A stretch of 58,817 bases of DNA, from positions 1 through 58,817 of the IMG/VR virus record IMGVR_UViG_3300004460_000011; one strand, given 5' to 3'. Below, piece after piece: positions 10,791 through 19,315 of the stretch. The stretch is from a virus. Its lineage: Duplodnaviria; Caudoviricetes. Every line of letters starts with the position of its first letter. Position 1 is the first letter of the stretch. Made by a program: the position numbers and the translations under genes. A model generated the notes under the pieces. The model saw only the letters and a program-made list of their open reading frames with translations, did not search any database and was not told the DNA's origin.

Positions 10791-11117
10791 TTATGATACG
10801 TCCATATAATCTCCATAATCGCATACCATACCCTTTTTCTTTAGTTCCTTACATACCTTATCTAAATCATCAGTTTCGTAATATGCAGGTACTTGGTTTT
10901 TAATACCTATTGACTTTAATAGCTTATTAGTATCATCTAATCCAATTTTAGATCTTTTACTAACATTAGCGGTTTTAGCTACATCATATAAACTAGTACC
11001 ATAAAACCTGCCACCTTGTTCAGTATAAATAAAGTTAATGCCCTTTATCTTAAATGACTTACCACTACGGTCTTTGTAGTTTACAGCTTCATTTATAAAT
11101 TCATTAAAGTTTTTCAT
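10791..11117 (-). CDS. Small basic protein with capsid-targeting-like N-terminus (108 aa)
   Basis: MKNFNEFINE resembles the T4 internal-protein CTS MKTYQEFIAE. Confidence 0.65.
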   Translation of the reverse strand: MKNFNEFINEAVNYKDRSGKSFKIKGINFIYTEQGGRFYGTSLYDVAKTANVSKRSKIGLDDTNKLLKSIGIKNQVPAYYETDDLDKVCKELKKKGMVCDYGDYMDVS

Positions 11118-11118
11118 A

Positions 11119-11487
11119 TTATGCTAATTTAGATTTACCATCCCAGACCTTTACAATATAATCTTTGCCATCTTTCTCTAAGTAGCGAGGATCTTGTTTA
11201 GTAGGTCTCATTAGCAAGCCGTGTGAGTTTGAACCTCTTCCGTGTTTACCTATGTTTTTATCATGCCCTAACCTTTTCATAAAACTAGATCCACCAGAAA
11301 AGTAAGAAGAAAAATATCCTCTGTTTGCTTTATCTGTAGGGTCCATACCTTTAATTGTTACAATCATATTTTGCAAATCTTTCCATTTAGATTTACCTTT
11401 CTTTTCGGCATAATCCAATACCATCTTTTTAATGGTGTCCATATCTTTAGCTTCATTGAGCGATTCGTAGTTGTGTAAATAGTCCAT
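11119..11487 (-). CDS. Small basic protein, possible winged helix, with CTS-like N-terminus (122 aa)
   Basis: MDYLHNYESLNE-A N-terminus, K-rich. Confidence 0.6.
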   Translation of the reverse strand: MDYLHNYESLNEAKDMDTIKKMVLDYAEKKGKSKWKDLQNMIVTIKGMDPTDKANRGYFSSYFSGGSSFMKRLGHDKNIGKHGRGSNSHGLLMRPTKQDPRYLEKDGKDYIVKVWDGKSKLA

Positions 11488-11504
11488 GTTGTTGTTTTAT
11501 TTTA

Positions 11505-11566
11505 TTATATAAATATAATCAATTTTATTAGGATAAAAAAATTATTTCACTAAAAGTTATTAACAA
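11505..11566 (-). promoter_or_regulatory. Putative host-sigma (Bacteroidota -7 TAnnTTTG-like) early promoter
   Basis: 79-nt intergenic gap with TATATTTA at 11510-11517, a 1-nt deviation from TAnnTTTG. Confidence 0.4.
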
Positions 11567-12838
11567 TTATCTACCGTATTTAATTATACCCATTAATTGA
11601 TTAATTGCAGCAAACGTACCAGTCAGCTTATAGATCTTACCTTTATATTTAAATACAATACCTTCAGTTGGAAATATTGATTCTATACCACCAATACGAC
11701 TTAGTCTTGCAAGTTCAGCTTCAACCTTTTTAATTTGTTGTACACCGCCTGTCTTTTTAATCTTACTTGCTTGAGTTTCAATTTCTTTTCTTAGTCTTTG
11801 TGCTTCACCAGATGGATTAGCAGCTAAAAAGTTAGAAGCATTCTTCATAATGATAGAACCTAGCTCTAAAAATAAATCTTCAAAAGGTCTAATGTTTTCT
11901 TTATACTTTTTGGCAACATCTTCTTTATCAAACTTTTTAACTAGTGCAGCTTCTTTAGGCCCAACTTGTTTTGCTAAAGATCTCATGTTTAAACTCTTCT
12001 TGTCGCCGTATGCCCATCTTCTAAGTAAACCTTCTTTAACATCTTGAGATAATGTTGGAAATTCTTTATCTATTAATTCTCTCCACCACATTTCATGATA
12101 TCTTGAAACTTCATCACCGTCGTTTAAACCATATCTTTTTTCTAAAGCATTAACTTGATTAATAAACTTTTTCTTATTTGCAGTAAAATCTAAATCTCTT
12201 TGTAATTGAATTACTTTCGGAGGTATAATTTTAAATGTTTTACCAATATCAGATTTTACCTTTTGGAGTATGCTTGTTATTTCTTTGGCAGGTTTATTGT
12301 TTGTACCTATAATATTACCTTTACCGTCTGTTTCTTTTATTCCATGAAATTGTATAACATCAGTATCATAATGAATAACATTTGGATTTAATGAATAGAT
12401 TAATTCCATATTCATAAAATCTTTCCCATTCTTAAAATACTTTTCTTGATCTGCTGGGGAAAGCTTACTTAATAGCTTATCTAAATCTCTAGCAGCAAAA
12501 ATATAAGTATCTTCTACTAACTTTGATGCATGACCGGTAAACATATCAATAATACCATTAAGATCTAGCGGGTTTGCCATTTGACCTTTATTTCTGGCAA
12601 ATTTTACTTTACCATCTTGGATAGTTACAAATAAGTTTTGCCCGTCAGTCTTTTCAGTAGGATCTTCTTCAAAGTTTAACTGTCCCCTAAGACCAGCATC
12701 AACCATTGCTTTAAAATCACCAAAGGTTAAATCTTTATCATCAAATGGATGTTGCATATGACCAGCAGCACCGCCTTCAAACAAAAATGGCTGACTTTTG
12801 TCAGTCAGCCATTCTTCAAACAATTTTATATGTTTCAT
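11567..12838 (-). CDS. Ligase-fold nucleotidyltransferase-like protein (DUF6267-like), putative internal head protein
   Basis: EGGAAGHMQHPFD, TEKTDGQN (KxDG), ARNK, and C-terminal EGIVF...YKLTG (ligase motifs IV/V-like). N-terminus MKHIKLFEEW is CTS-like. Confidence 0.65.
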   Translation of the reverse strand: MKHIKLFEEWLTDKSQPFLFEGGAAGHMQHPFDDKDLTFGDFKAMVDAGLRGQLNFEEDPTEKTDGQNLFVTIQDGKVKFARNKGQMANPLDLNGIIDMFTGHASKLVEDTYIFAARDLDKLLSKLSPADQEKYFKNGKDFMNMELIYSLNPNVIHYDTDVIQFHGIKETDGKGNIIGTNNKPAKEITSILQKVKSDIGKTFKIIPPKVIQLQRDLDFTANKKKFINQVNALEKRYGLNDGDEVSRYHEMWWRELIDKEFPTLSQDVKEGLLRRWAYGDKKSLNMRSLAKQVGPKEAALVKKFDKEDVAKKYKENIRPFEDLFLELGSIIMKNASNFLAANPSGEAQRLRKEIETQASKIKKTGGVQQIKKVEAELARLSRIGGIESIFPTEGIVFKYKGKIYKLTGTFAAINQLMGIIKYGR

Positions 12839-12852
12839 TTAGTTTAGTTTTA

Positions 12853-14550
12853 TTATGATCCCATAGTAGATTGTAAAGCTCCAACCATTGCTCCATAGTC
12901 TTCACCATACTTATCAATTAAACCATCAGCAGTTTCAGTTGCTTTAGTTTCATCAAAATCATCTCCAAATGCATCCTTTAACATTTTCATTGCATACTCT
13001 TTAAATTGATCAGCAGATTTAATTTCTGCCTCATGAAGTTTACCTATTTTATTAGCAGCAAGTTTTCTGAATTTTTCTGCAATTGAATCATCAGCTAATA
13101 CTTCTTCCTCTTCTTTAACTAGTGGAATTTCAATACCATCTTCAGATACATCATTTGGTGAATCAGGAATTACTTCAGTAATCTTTTGATCAGGAGTAAT
13201 TAATTCTTTACCTTTACCTTCAACAGATTTAGGTTTACCCATATCCATCATATCTCCTGCAATACCTGCAGCAGTTTCTGGTCCGTCGCCTTTAATTGCA
13301 GGAATTGCGATTCCATCATCTCCAGCTACTTCATCAGCAATTTCATCGCCTTCAACTTTAGTAATTACTTCACCTACAGCTTCTTCAACAGATTCATCTT
13401 TATCTTCATCTTCATAATCTTCCTCGCCTTTTTTGGTTTTAGACTTATCGCCTTTATTTCCACCAAGAACTACATCATCGTACTTTTCATTTGCAGATTC
13501 GTCTTTCTTATCATCTTCATCCTCATCTTCAAAATCTTCACCGTCATGTGTTTTAGATTTATCGCCTTTATTTCCACCAAGAACTACATCATCAAACTTT
13601 TCGTCAGTTTTATCTTCATCTTCAAAGTCTTCTTCGTCTTCTTTAGTTTTAGACTTATCTCCTTTGTTTCCACCAAATACAACTTTGTCATAAGCTTCAT
13701 TTACAAAAGTAGAAAAAGACATAATAGCAGATTCATTCTTTTCAGCATCTTCTTCTTCTTCTTTATCGTATTCAGCATCTTTCTTTAAAGCGTCGATTTG
13801 TTTATCATCAGATTTAACAGCTCCTTTATAATGGTCTGCTTTTTCTTTATCATCTTCAGAATCAACTTTCTTATCTCCTTTATCTTCTAGCTCATCACCT
13901 TCTTTTTCATCTTCTTTACCTTTAGCTTCGGCGCCTTCAGCAAGAGGATCAGCAGATGCCGCTACGGGAACAGCATAATCTTCTGGCTCTTCATCATCGT
14001 CATGATAAGAAATGTTTTTATTAATAGTTTCTTCTTTTTCTTTGATGAAATCTTCGAAAGCCATAATTCTTCTAGTAGCTTTTGGAGTTTCTTCTTCTTC
14101 TGAAGCAACATCTACGCCGTCTTCATCTTTAACTTCATCAGCTTCAGCAGGAACTTCCTTTGTGATTTCTTGTTCATCAGAAACTAAGTCATCCTCAACT
14201 TCTTCTTCTATTTCAGCAACTTCGGAATCAGTAGTGACAATATCTTCATCGCCTTCTTTATCTTTAGTACCTTCTAAGGATTTAGCCTTACCTTTGGCAT
14301 TCATTTCATCTTCAATATCTTCAGCTCTATCTTCTTCGATTTCATCCTCAGATATATCATTACTTTTTGCAAATGTCTTAGACATTGCTTCGAGCTTTGA
14401 AAGAAGATCTTTCTCCTTTTTTAACTCTTCTATACTGTCAAAACCAATCTTTTTGATCAATTCATCAACAGCTTCTTTTGTTACTTTTGCTGACTCAGTG
14501 ATCGGTTGATCTTTTGCAGTCATTGCAGAAAACTTTTTGATTGACTTCAT
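12853..14550 (-). CDS. Highly acidic 565-aa protein with internal repeats, putative prohead core/internal protein
   Basis: D/E-rich, with several CTS-like segments (IMAFEDFIKE, IMSFSTFVNE) and GATATATA upstream. Confidence 0.6.
   Translation of the reverse strand: MKSIKKFSAMTAKDQPITESAKVTKEAVDELIKKIGFDSIEELKKEKDLLSKLEAMSKTFAKSNDISEDEIEEDRAEDIEDEMNAKGKAKSLEGTKDKEGDEDIVTTDSEVAEIEEEVEDDLVSDEQEITKEVPAEADEVKDEDGVDVASEEEETPKATRRIMAFEDFIKEKEETINKNISYHDDDEEPEDYAVPVAASADPLAEGAEAKGKEDEKEGDELEDKGDKKVDSEDDKEKADHYKGAVKSDDKQIDALKKDAEYDKEEEEDAEKNESAIMSFSTFVNEAYDKVVFGGNKGDKSKTKEDEEDFEDEDKTDEKFDDVVLGGNKGDKSKTHDGEDFEDEDEDDKKDESANEKYDDVVLGGNKGDKSKTKKGEEDYEDEDKDESVEEAVGEVITKVEGDEIADEVAGDDGIAIPAIKGDGPETAAGIAGDMMDMGKPKSVEGKGKELITPDQKITEVIPDSPNDVSEDGIEIPLVKEEEEVLADDSIAEKFRKLAANKIGKLHEAEIKSADQFKEYAMKMLKDAFGDDFDETKATETADGLIDKYGEDYGAMVGALQSTMGS
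13400..13700 (-). repeat. Three intragenic repeats encoding (Y/F)D(D/K)VV(L/F)GGNKGDKSKT...ED(F/Y)EDED
   Basis: Seen in both the protein and DNA near 13440, 13555 and 13650. Confidence 0.9.
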
Positions 14551-14606
14551 TTTAGTTATTTTTATTTTTTTTATATATCCATGTCTTAGTGAAAAGATAT
14601 TCTATA

Positions 14607-16112
14607 TTAGAATCTTATGTTCTGAACTTCGAATGGAAACTTTTCTTCTTTATATATTGTTCGCCTAGCAATACCGTGGCGGTAGATATAATTAACCCAA
14701 TCATGGTCTTCGGCTTTATATCTAAAATCATCTATAAAATCATAGATTTTTACAACATCTTTCGATGCATGCTTTCTTAATCCTCTACCGATACTTTGTC
14801 TGATAATTACTTCAGATTTAAAACTTTCGGTAAAAAAGATATTATGTATATTTTTAATTGAAATACCTGTGGAGAAAGTACCATAAGATGCTACAATAAT
14901 AACATCATCATTCTTTTCCATTCTACTTTTAAACTCTTCTCTTATATCTACGTTAACAGAGCCGTCTACATAGTAAACCTTCTTGTCTGTTATATGCCTT
15001 AATTTATTATAGATCTTTTCACCATAAGCTATCTTATGAAATAGAACTAATGAATTAGATGTAGACTTTTTAATTACTTGACAAACAAAATCTAACCTCT
15101 TTTCACTTTGATTTATAAAGTTCTGTTCTAAACTAAATAATTTTTGTCTATCTTGTGGATTTTTAGATAAAAAAGAAAATGATTCTTTTTGTGCATCGGT
15201 TGCATAATCCATATGAAGCTGCATAACTTTACAACTAGCAATAAAACCTTCTTGTTGTAATTGGTTTGCTTTAACTTGAGTAACTAAAGGACCCATTGCA
15301 GACATTAAACTTAATCTATTAACAGTTCCTTTTTTAGGTATAGTTCCACTTAAACCAAACCTAAAATCACAATGCCAACATTTATCCATAATTTTTTGTA
15401 TAGAATTGGCTTTTGCTTTATGCGTTTCATCTACAAATACTGCATCAAATTGGCTAAAGTATTCCTCATCTTTTTTAACTAAAGACTGATAAGTACCAAT
15501 AACTAAATTGGAACTCTTTCTTATTTTTACACCTGCATATATTTGCTGAGTCTTTAATGGAACACCTACTTTATTATATTCATCAAAATCACCAGTAGCC
15601 TGTAATACTAAATTTACATTAGGGACGATCATTAATATCTTTTTCTTATTTAATTTATCCATAAGATAAGCAACTACCATAAATGATATTAATGTTTTAC
15701 CTGCAGAAGTTGCTAATTCAGCTAAGCACCTTCTGTATTTTAAAATTTTAAATGCTGCATCTATTTGATATTCTCTAGGTTTAAAATCTGGCTGCTTTTT
15801 AAAAATTTCAGTAACCCATTCTCTAAACTTATCCTCTTTAATTTCAGTATCAAATATATCGGTTATATTATTTAAAGAACATTGAAAATCATAGTCTTTA
15901 CATATATCTAAAATTTCTTTCCATAAACCTGCTGGTATTTTATTTCTTTTCACAAATGATACATTACCATCCCACACTCTCTTTTTAACTAAAGGGTGAA
16001 AGCGCCAACCTTCAATCTTTTTAGTCAAACTACTTTTTAGTTGTTCATACTCTAATTCAGTACAAGCATCAATAACCAAAAACTTTTTATTTTCCGAGAG
16101 GGATAGTTCCAT
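14607..16112 (-). CDS. uvsW: UvsW-like SF2 DNA helicase
   Basis: PREYQ, LATSAGKT, DETH, GLSGT, ASYGTFSTGISIKNIHN, QSIGRGLR motifs. Adjacent to uvsY. Confidence 0.93.
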   Translation of the reverse strand: MELSLSENKKFLVIDACTELEYEQLKSSLTKKIEGWRFHPLVKKRVWDGNVSFVKRNKIPAGLWKEILDICKDYDFQCSLNNITDIFDTEIKEDKFREWVTEIFKKQPDFKPREYQIDAAFKILKYRRCLAELATSAGKTLISFMVVAYLMDKLNKKKILMIVPNVNLVLQATGDFDEYNKVGVPLKTQQIYAGVKIRKSSNLVIGTYQSLVKKDEEYFSQFDAVFVDETHKAKANSIQKIMDKCWHCDFRFGLSGTIPKKGTVNRLSLMSAMGPLVTQVKANQLQQEGFIASCKVMQLHMDYATDAQKESFSFLSKNPQDRQKLFSLEQNFINQSEKRLDFVCQVIKKSTSNSLVLFHKIAYGEKIYNKLRHITDKKVYYVDGSVNVDIREEFKSRMEKNDDVIIVASYGTFSTGISIKNIHNIFFTESFKSEVIIRQSIGRGLRKHASKDVVKIYDFIDDFRYKAEDHDWVNYIYRHGIARRTIYKEEKFPFEVQNIRF

Positions 16113-16561
16113 TAGTATTCTTTATCATCCAAGCTTATTCTATTACGAATAGCAAATGCTAAGTTATCACAAGTCTTTATGCATTCTTGATAATAATCCA
16201 TGTGAGATTGTAACATTTCCATTTGTGTTCTTAAATGAGATAAGTCAGCTTTAATAAAAGCAACTTTTTCTCCACTTGTTAATTTAACATCATAGTCAAT
16301 TGAATATTCCCTATACTTAATTTTATAGTATCTGTCATATGCACCTTGTCTTTTTTGTTTTGTTGTTTTAAAGTCTGTAATTTTATCTAATAAAATTTGT
16401 CTATAAGATAACATATTTACTTGACACTCGGCCAAATTACGAACTTCTTTTAATAAACTAACTAAATGACTTATCTTTATTTTCCAATCATCTCTATCTT
16501 TAGCTAATCTTTTTGCTAATTCCTCATTAGCATCTCCTGTTGCAGTGTCATTATACTCCAT
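16112..16561 (-). CDS. uvsY: UvsY-like recombination mediator
   Basis: Helical 149 aa with Y...FIKAD and AFAIRNRI C-terminus, upstream of uvsW. Confidence 0.7.
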   Translation of the reverse strand: MEYNDTATGDANEELAKRLAKDRDDWKIKISHLVSLLKEVRNLAECQVNMLSYRQILLDKITDFKTTKQKRQGAYDRYYKIKYREYSIDYDVKLTSGEKVAFIKADLSHLRTQMEMLQSHMDYYQECIKTCDNLAFAIRNRISLDDKEY

Positions 16562-16783
16562 TTAAAATATACCTTTATCTTTATTAATCTTTTTATAACC
16601 CTTTACTTTAGGCTGAAACTTCTTTTTAGGTACCTCTGTAATAGAAAAATCAGTTTTTACCTTAGTTAATTCTGATTTATTAAATGTAGTAAATAATTTT
16701 AATCTCTTATTACTATTTTCTAAATCTTTATAAAAGTCATCTACTTCTTCACTCACAAAATTATTGTAATTTTTTAAACTCAT
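16562..16783 (-). CDS. Hypothetical protein (73 aa)
   Basis: Tightly packed between primase and uvsY. Confidence 0.6.
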   Translation of the reverse strand: MSLKNYNNFVSEEVDDFYKDLENSNKRLKLFTTFNKSELTKVKTDFSITEVPKKKFQPKVKGYKKINKDKGIF

Positions 16784-17856
16784 TATATAAAAATAATATC
16801 TAATGAATCCTTTGTAAAATATTTATCCAGGTCCCCTAAACAACCAGATCTATTACTGAACTCCCATTTAACTAAATCATTTAAATCTTTAACCTTTCTT
16901 GGCGGAATATTAAAATCCTTTAAAAACTTATCCCACATAAATACAGTTTGGCCACTCTTTAATTTATCAATCATTCTAGTTTTACCTTCCATATCATTAT
17001 CAAAGAAATATCTAGCCGTAGGTATTTCATTAAATTCTATTATTTGTTTTTTAACACCAGTTAATCCGATAGAATTATTCATAAACATTGCATCTATAGG
17101 GCCTTCAAATATAGAAAAGTCTCTAGCCATATCTACTGTTAAAATACCAAATAACATTGATATTTTATTTAAGTTATCTAGTTCTTCTTCTGTTACGTCT
17201 AACTTTAGTTTTAGCCTATCATAAATTCTTTCTATGTTCCATGTTTTATATTTAGGACCACCGCTACCACCTAAGTCTCTAGTTTGGAATCCTAATATTT
17301 TACCTTCAGGTGTTAGATTAAAAACATATAATTCTCTACGCCTTGGATCAAAACCAAACCTTTCAGTTTTATGATGCAGTAACCTACTCTTTAAATATGG
17401 GTATGCCTGATAAGTTAATGTGTTAATTGGATATACATTAAATCCTAAAGCTATTTCATCAAAAGTTAATGATAATTCTTTTGCTTTATCAAAAAGATAA
17501 AAATCTAAATTTTCACCTAATGAAAAGTGTTTACGGTTTTCTTTAATATAATTAATTACGTCAATCCTATCATCACCTTCAAAGTTTTGATTATGTTCAG
17601 CTAAGAAAACATCTAATGATGCATGAGCTGAACAATTGTAACAGTGAAAGTATAAATCATTCCAATAAAGATTACCTCTCTTCTTTCTAACATTATCATG
17701 TGAATCCCCACAATAAGGGCATGCAAAATTTAGCCTACCTTTACTCTCCAGTATTCTTCTTTTTTCTGGATGATTATGGTTAGTATGAAGAACTCGGACT
17801 ACCTTATCGATAATCCGAGCTTTCATTTCAGAAGATATTATTACTTCTTCTGCCAT
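16783..17856 (-). CDS. gp61: T4 gp61-like DNA primase
   Basis: Zn finger CPYCGDS...FHCYNC and TOPRIM motifs FEGPIDAMF, FFDND, KDLND. Confidence 0.93.
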   Translation of the reverse strand: MAEEVIISSEMKARIIDKVVRVLHTNHNHPEKRRILESKGRLNFACPYCGDSHDNVRKKRGNLYWNDLYFHCYNCSAHASLDVFLAEHNQNFEGDDRIDVINYIKENRKHFSLGENLDFYLFDKAKELSLTFDEIALGFNVYPINTLTYQAYPYLKSRLLHHKTERFGFDPRRRELYVFNLTPEGKILGFQTRDLGGSGGPKYKTWNIERIYDRLKLKLDVTEEELDNLNKISMLFGILTVDMARDFSIFEGPIDAMFMNNSIGLTGVKKQIIEFNEIPTARYFFDNDMEGKTRMIDKLKSGQTVFMWDKFLKDFNIPPRKVKDLNDLVKWEFSNRSGCLGDLDKYFTKDSLDIIFI

Positions 17857-17861
17857 ACTTA

Positions 17862-18782
17862 TTAAAGATCTAAACCATTAATGAAATCATCAAAGTCATC
17901 TTTCTTTTCTTCACCCTTTATAGGCTCAGCTGTAGTTGTCTTTGTTTCAGTTGTTGCTTTAGTAGCAGCAGCCTCAGTTTTTATAGTATTTACTGATGCT
18001 GGTTTAGGTGCAGTTATATTTGCGATTGAATCACCCGGGGATGTAAATTGAGATAATACATTCATTACCTTTCCTCTTATTACATCATCCCATGATTTAT
18101 AACCCCATGTTGATAAATCTGGCGCAGTACCTAATAATTCTAATATTGCCTTACGGCTTTCATCACTATCATTAACAGCTTCACCATTAATTGTCATTGG
18201 AGATTTATTTCCGTGGAATTTACTGGAATCATAATTAGGAAAACCACCTTTCTTTGAAATTACTAATTCAAAATTCTTTCCTTCAAACGGATCAAATACT
18301 TGAGTAGGTTCATCAAATTGTGGATTGAGTTCTTCATCAATTTTAGTTTTGATTTTATAACCAAACTTCATAATTTTAACTTGTCCTTCTAGATCTCTGT
18401 TTTGTGGATCCTTTATGATTTGTACCAATGCATAGAATACTTCTCTACGCTTTAAACCTTCTGACATCTTTTTATCTACAGCAGATTCAGAGTTTCTTAG
18501 TTTAAAGAACATATCCTGTACTGGACATTTTTCTCCAACCGTTGAAGGGGAATCAGCGAAAAAGCCGTTTCCTTCTCTGTCTTCTAGCCAGTAGACATAT
18601 TTACGTTCGAATGGTTTTCTTGGGTTTTTAGCATTAGGTAGAAACCTAATTAAAGAACGGTAAGTTCCGTCCTGTCCTTGATCTGGTTTAGGTGTGTATA
18701 AATCGCTTCTGCCTTCAGAAGGTCTTTCACCAGTGTCTAAATCTTTTACACTTACATTAAAAATGTCGAATTCATTTGCCAT
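17862..18782 (-). CDS. gp32: T4 gp32-like ssDNA-binding protein
   Basis: LIRFLP, CPV, FDPFEGKNF, NYDSSKF motifs and acidic tail DDFDDFINGLDL. Confidence 0.9.
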   Translation of the reverse strand: MANEFDIFNVSVKDLDTGERPSEGRSDLYTPKPDQGQDGTYRSLIRFLPNAKNPRKPFERKYVYWLEDREGNGFFADSPSTVGEKCPVQDMFFKLRNSESAVDKKMSEGLKRREVFYALVQIIKDPQNRDLEGQVKIMKFGYKIKTKIDEELNPQFDEPTQVFDPFEGKNFELVISKKGGFPNYDSSKFHGNKSPMTINGEAVNDSDESRKAILELLGTAPDLSTWGYKSWDDVIRGKVMNVLSQFTSPGDSIANITAPKPASVNTIKTEAAATKATTETKTTTAEPIKGEEKKDDFDDFINGLDL

Positions 18783-18919
18783 GTTAATTGCCTTTTTTTG
18801 TTATTATTAATTTATGATAACAAACCTCCGTATCTAAACGCCTTTTAATTTTTTATTGCCTATTTACTTCGCCTTGTTATCGCCTGTTAAAAGTACCAAA
18901 CTTTTTAGTACCTTTGTTT
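18783..18919 (-). promoter_or_regulatory. Long structured 5' leader of gp32
   Basis: Two hairpins (18889-18915, 18797-18824) and five AGGC(G/A) units. Confidence 0.55.
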
Positions 18920-18950
18920 ATTATATATCCCCTAAGTCAGTTTGTTTCAG
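18920..18950 (-). promoter_or_regulatory. GAAAC-N18-TATAA promoter for gp32
   Basis: CTGAAACAAACTGACTTAGGGGATATATAAT. Same spacing occurs at 19257 (+) and 47828 (-). Confidence 0.65.
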
Positions 18951-19231
18951 ACTATTTGTACATTTTTATCTATTATTGCAGTTATATCTCGTTCTCTTAA
19001 ACTTAATATGGTTTTTCCTTTATATTTAATTTCTGTACCTGCTAAATCATGAAAAAGAACCTTTATTCCTATTTGAAAATCGTTATCCTCTACACCACCT
19101 CCTACACCAATAATAGTTCCTGAATACGGTGGGGCAAATTGGCCTTCTTTTTTTAATAAAATTATACTGCCTTTTCTTTCTGGTTGTTCATCTTTTTTTA
19201 AAAATATTCTATTTCCTAAAGGTTTTATCAT
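18947..19231 (-). CDS. groES: Co-chaperonin GroES/Cpn10
   Basis: IKPLGNRI, GTIIGVG, GIKVLF, GTEIKY, LRERDITAII motifs. Confidence 0.92.
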   Translation of the reverse strand: MIKPLGNRIFLKKDEQPERKGSIILLKKEGQFAPPYSGTIIGVGGGVEDNDFQIGIKVLFHDLAGTEIKYKGKTILSLRERDITAIIDKNVQIV

Positions 19232-19256
19232 TTTATTTTATTTTTTTTGTGTAAAG

Positions 19257-19287
19257 CTGAAACAAAGTTAACATGTTGCAATATAAT
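19257..19287 (+). promoter_or_regulatory. Orphan GAAAC-N18-TATAA promoter, antisense to the RuvC-like gene
   Basis: CTGAAACAAAGTTAACATGTTGCAATATAAT has the same 10-nt and 7-nt boxes and 14-nt spacer as the gp32 motif. Confidence 0.55.
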
Positions 19288-19315
19288 TTTTAACTATTCA
19301 AAGAAAGAAAAGTAT

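Noticed and set aside
13433-14509. Ser-rich plus-strand ORFs
   Set aside because: Antisense shadows of the D/E-rich 565-aa gene.
18941-19266. groES as a mobile or invertible cassette bounded by 10-bp inverted repeats
   Set aside because: The repeats are better explained as upstream boxes of two divergent promoters, and no recombinase or target duplication is seen.
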